A stretch of 64,000 nt of DNA, taken from contig OZ237766.1 in NCBI GenBank assembly GCA_965178125.1, forward strand, positions 124,001 through 188,000. The letters are read 5' to 3'. Made by a program: the position numbers and the translations under genes. Of this stretch, positions 62,311 through 64,000 are shown piece after piece; position 1 is the first letter of the stretch, and every line of letters starts with the position of its first letter. The stretch comes from Bilabrum cf. latius (taxonomy: Eukaryota). A model generated the notes under the pieces. That model saw nothing but the letters and a program-made list of their open reading frames with translations, had not been told where the DNA came from and did not search any database.

Positions 62311-64000
62311 CTGCAATAGCGCTACCACCTGCGCAACATGGGCCAGTTGCAGTGAACAGGTATGCGGTGTGAAGCTGTGGAACGGCTCAAATGCTTGCAC
62401 AAAAGTGGCATTCATGAGATGGTATGGGGTTAACATATACAAGAGAGCTTGATTTGTACACATTGCTAAGTTATTGTACGTGGGACGGCCATGTTCACCC
62501 ATTGTGCAGCAACATCGCTAGCATGTCACGCGCAGAAGTACCGTGCCGTGAAGCATGTGAAACATGCTAAGCAGTCACCCCAACGTGTTATCAATGATAC
62601 ATACAACAATGTTTATATCATTGGAAGGAAGAAACATGATGAGCCACGGTTTCGCAGATATTCCAATGGCGTTCCCACGGGACACGACTGAAGCGATCCA
62701 ACATTCAAGAGAGCTATGTAGTCAATAGCTTCCCGGCTTAAACCGCATAGACACACAACGAGTCTTACCACCACGACCTGCCACTGAATCCGCGGACCTT
62801 CCTGCCATGTTTAGTACTGGAGCTGTGCGCAGAGATGCACAAGCTGCGATCCATTCACGAGCACCGCCCGGTCGCAACGTGAATATGACATATTTCGGAA
62901 ATGTAATGAGCAATTTCAACCCTGATCGCGACGCAACGCGAGTGCTTCCTAACCACGCATTCCCACGATTGTATCCAACGACCCGTGAAATACCTTGCTT
63001 TTACAAGGGCTGTACCAAGTCGCGGTGGTCTGGCACTGCAATGCTTTGGGTGGTGGACAGGCGCAGCCGCTCCAGCGCATAGGCTGGATCATCAGCAGGA
63101 TTCAGCCGGCACACGTTCGGAGTTGCTTCTGCGATTGGATTGGCCAACAACGGGAATATCTTCTCTGAAGCAGGCTGCACGAACGTGCCGCCCGACAGAT
63201 TGGACAAGCGGTTGTAACCAGGAGGATCTGCCAGTTCCGGATTTTATAAAATGCGCAGAAGTCATAGATTGACTGACTAAAGTACAGGAATGCAATGCCA
63301 GTGAAGCGCCCGAAGCGTATCACTTCAGCAGCTCGCGGTGGGCGGCGTCGCGCGGGGCCCTCATCTGCAAGCCGACATCCCCTTGCATCGCAAGTAGGCA
63401 CACAGGCAGTGTAGCAGTCGCACAGCCATGGTCATGAAGTGGACACGTAGAACACATAGAGCTCAAAAGGGATTAAGTTTTCAGGGCGTAGCCAGCAGGG
63501 TGTCTCGGATACTGCACGTATCAGCGAGGATGACGAGATGATCTTGTTGCAGGGACGCTTGGCATGCCTCTTAGACATAGGGCAACATTCCGCAGCCTAC
63601 AGCAACGAAGATCTAATGGTACACCCTGACGTATTTCCGGAAATCGTACCTGGCACTCTTGTGGGGCTAGTCAAACTAAATGCTGCCTCAACCCGGCATG
63701 CGGTGTCCCTGGCCGAGCCGACTGGCGCAAGCTCTGTCGAGCCGCAGGTGCCTCCATCCCTGCCGAAATCGGGCATGACGCGACATGCGTACACGAACAC
63801 ATTGGGCGGGACCTATTCAGCGGCAGATCGCGCAAAGAGCCCTCGCATGGGCCCCTCGGCCTCACCTGCAGCCTCGTCCTCCAAACGAGCACTGAAGGGC
63901 CTAGAATCTCTGGGGTTGCGAGGAGAACAGGCTGCCGGCGCCGCGCAAATACTGCGAACCTTGGAGATGCGGGGCATATCTGGAGGGTCCAGTGCAGCCG

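Noticed and set aside
1-64000. Interpreting the TAG-interrupted genes as pseudogenes or sequencing errors
   Set aside because: The interruptions are exclusively TAG, with no frameshifts or internal TAA/TGA, and they affect essential genes. Random decay or error would not be codon-specific.
1-64000. TAG as pyrrolysine, Leu, Glu or programmed readthrough
   Set aside because: The informative conserved columns (6PGD, BolA, PH, WH2-like duplicate) point to Gln. TAGs are too numerous and context-free for programmed recoding.
62990-64000. Possible upstream exons of the EF-hand repeat gene on the minus strand
   Set aside because: Open stretches exist (one with a TAG), but the splice structure could not be fixed from sequence alone.

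Overview
GC-rich, gene-dense eukaryotic nuclear DNA with short GT-AG introns (about 90-310 bp). It is most likely from a flagellated stramenopile, inferred from CCDC96/CFAP184 and a stramenopile-type EGF/tenascin-like protein. About 22 protein-coding genes can be reconstructed, but most only if TAG is read as a sense codon. By manual count about 75 in-frame TAGs interrupt 17 genes. Several fall at conserved Gln positions (6PGD GLAVMG*NLALN, BolA3 LVK*QRLV, PH-domain *K*GG). Every reconstructed gene ends in TGA (20) or TAA (2), and no internal TAA or TGA was found. The window therefore points to a nuclear code with UAG=Gln and UAA/UGA=stop. A second striking signal is a hyper-abundant 12-mer, GTGTGACGAGTG (17 exact copies, both orientations, several reading frames), plus two other over-represented motifs (TGCGATGCA, GGTTGCAACC). 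Other points of interest are a UPF1-like SF1 helicase with four C-terminal winged-helix-like repeats, a Mis18BP1/KNL2-like protein, an ankyrin gene with one repeat per phase-0 exon, a PLAC8 tandem duplication and a 161-bp intergenic hairpin. All family calls come from motif recognition by eye; no database search was run.
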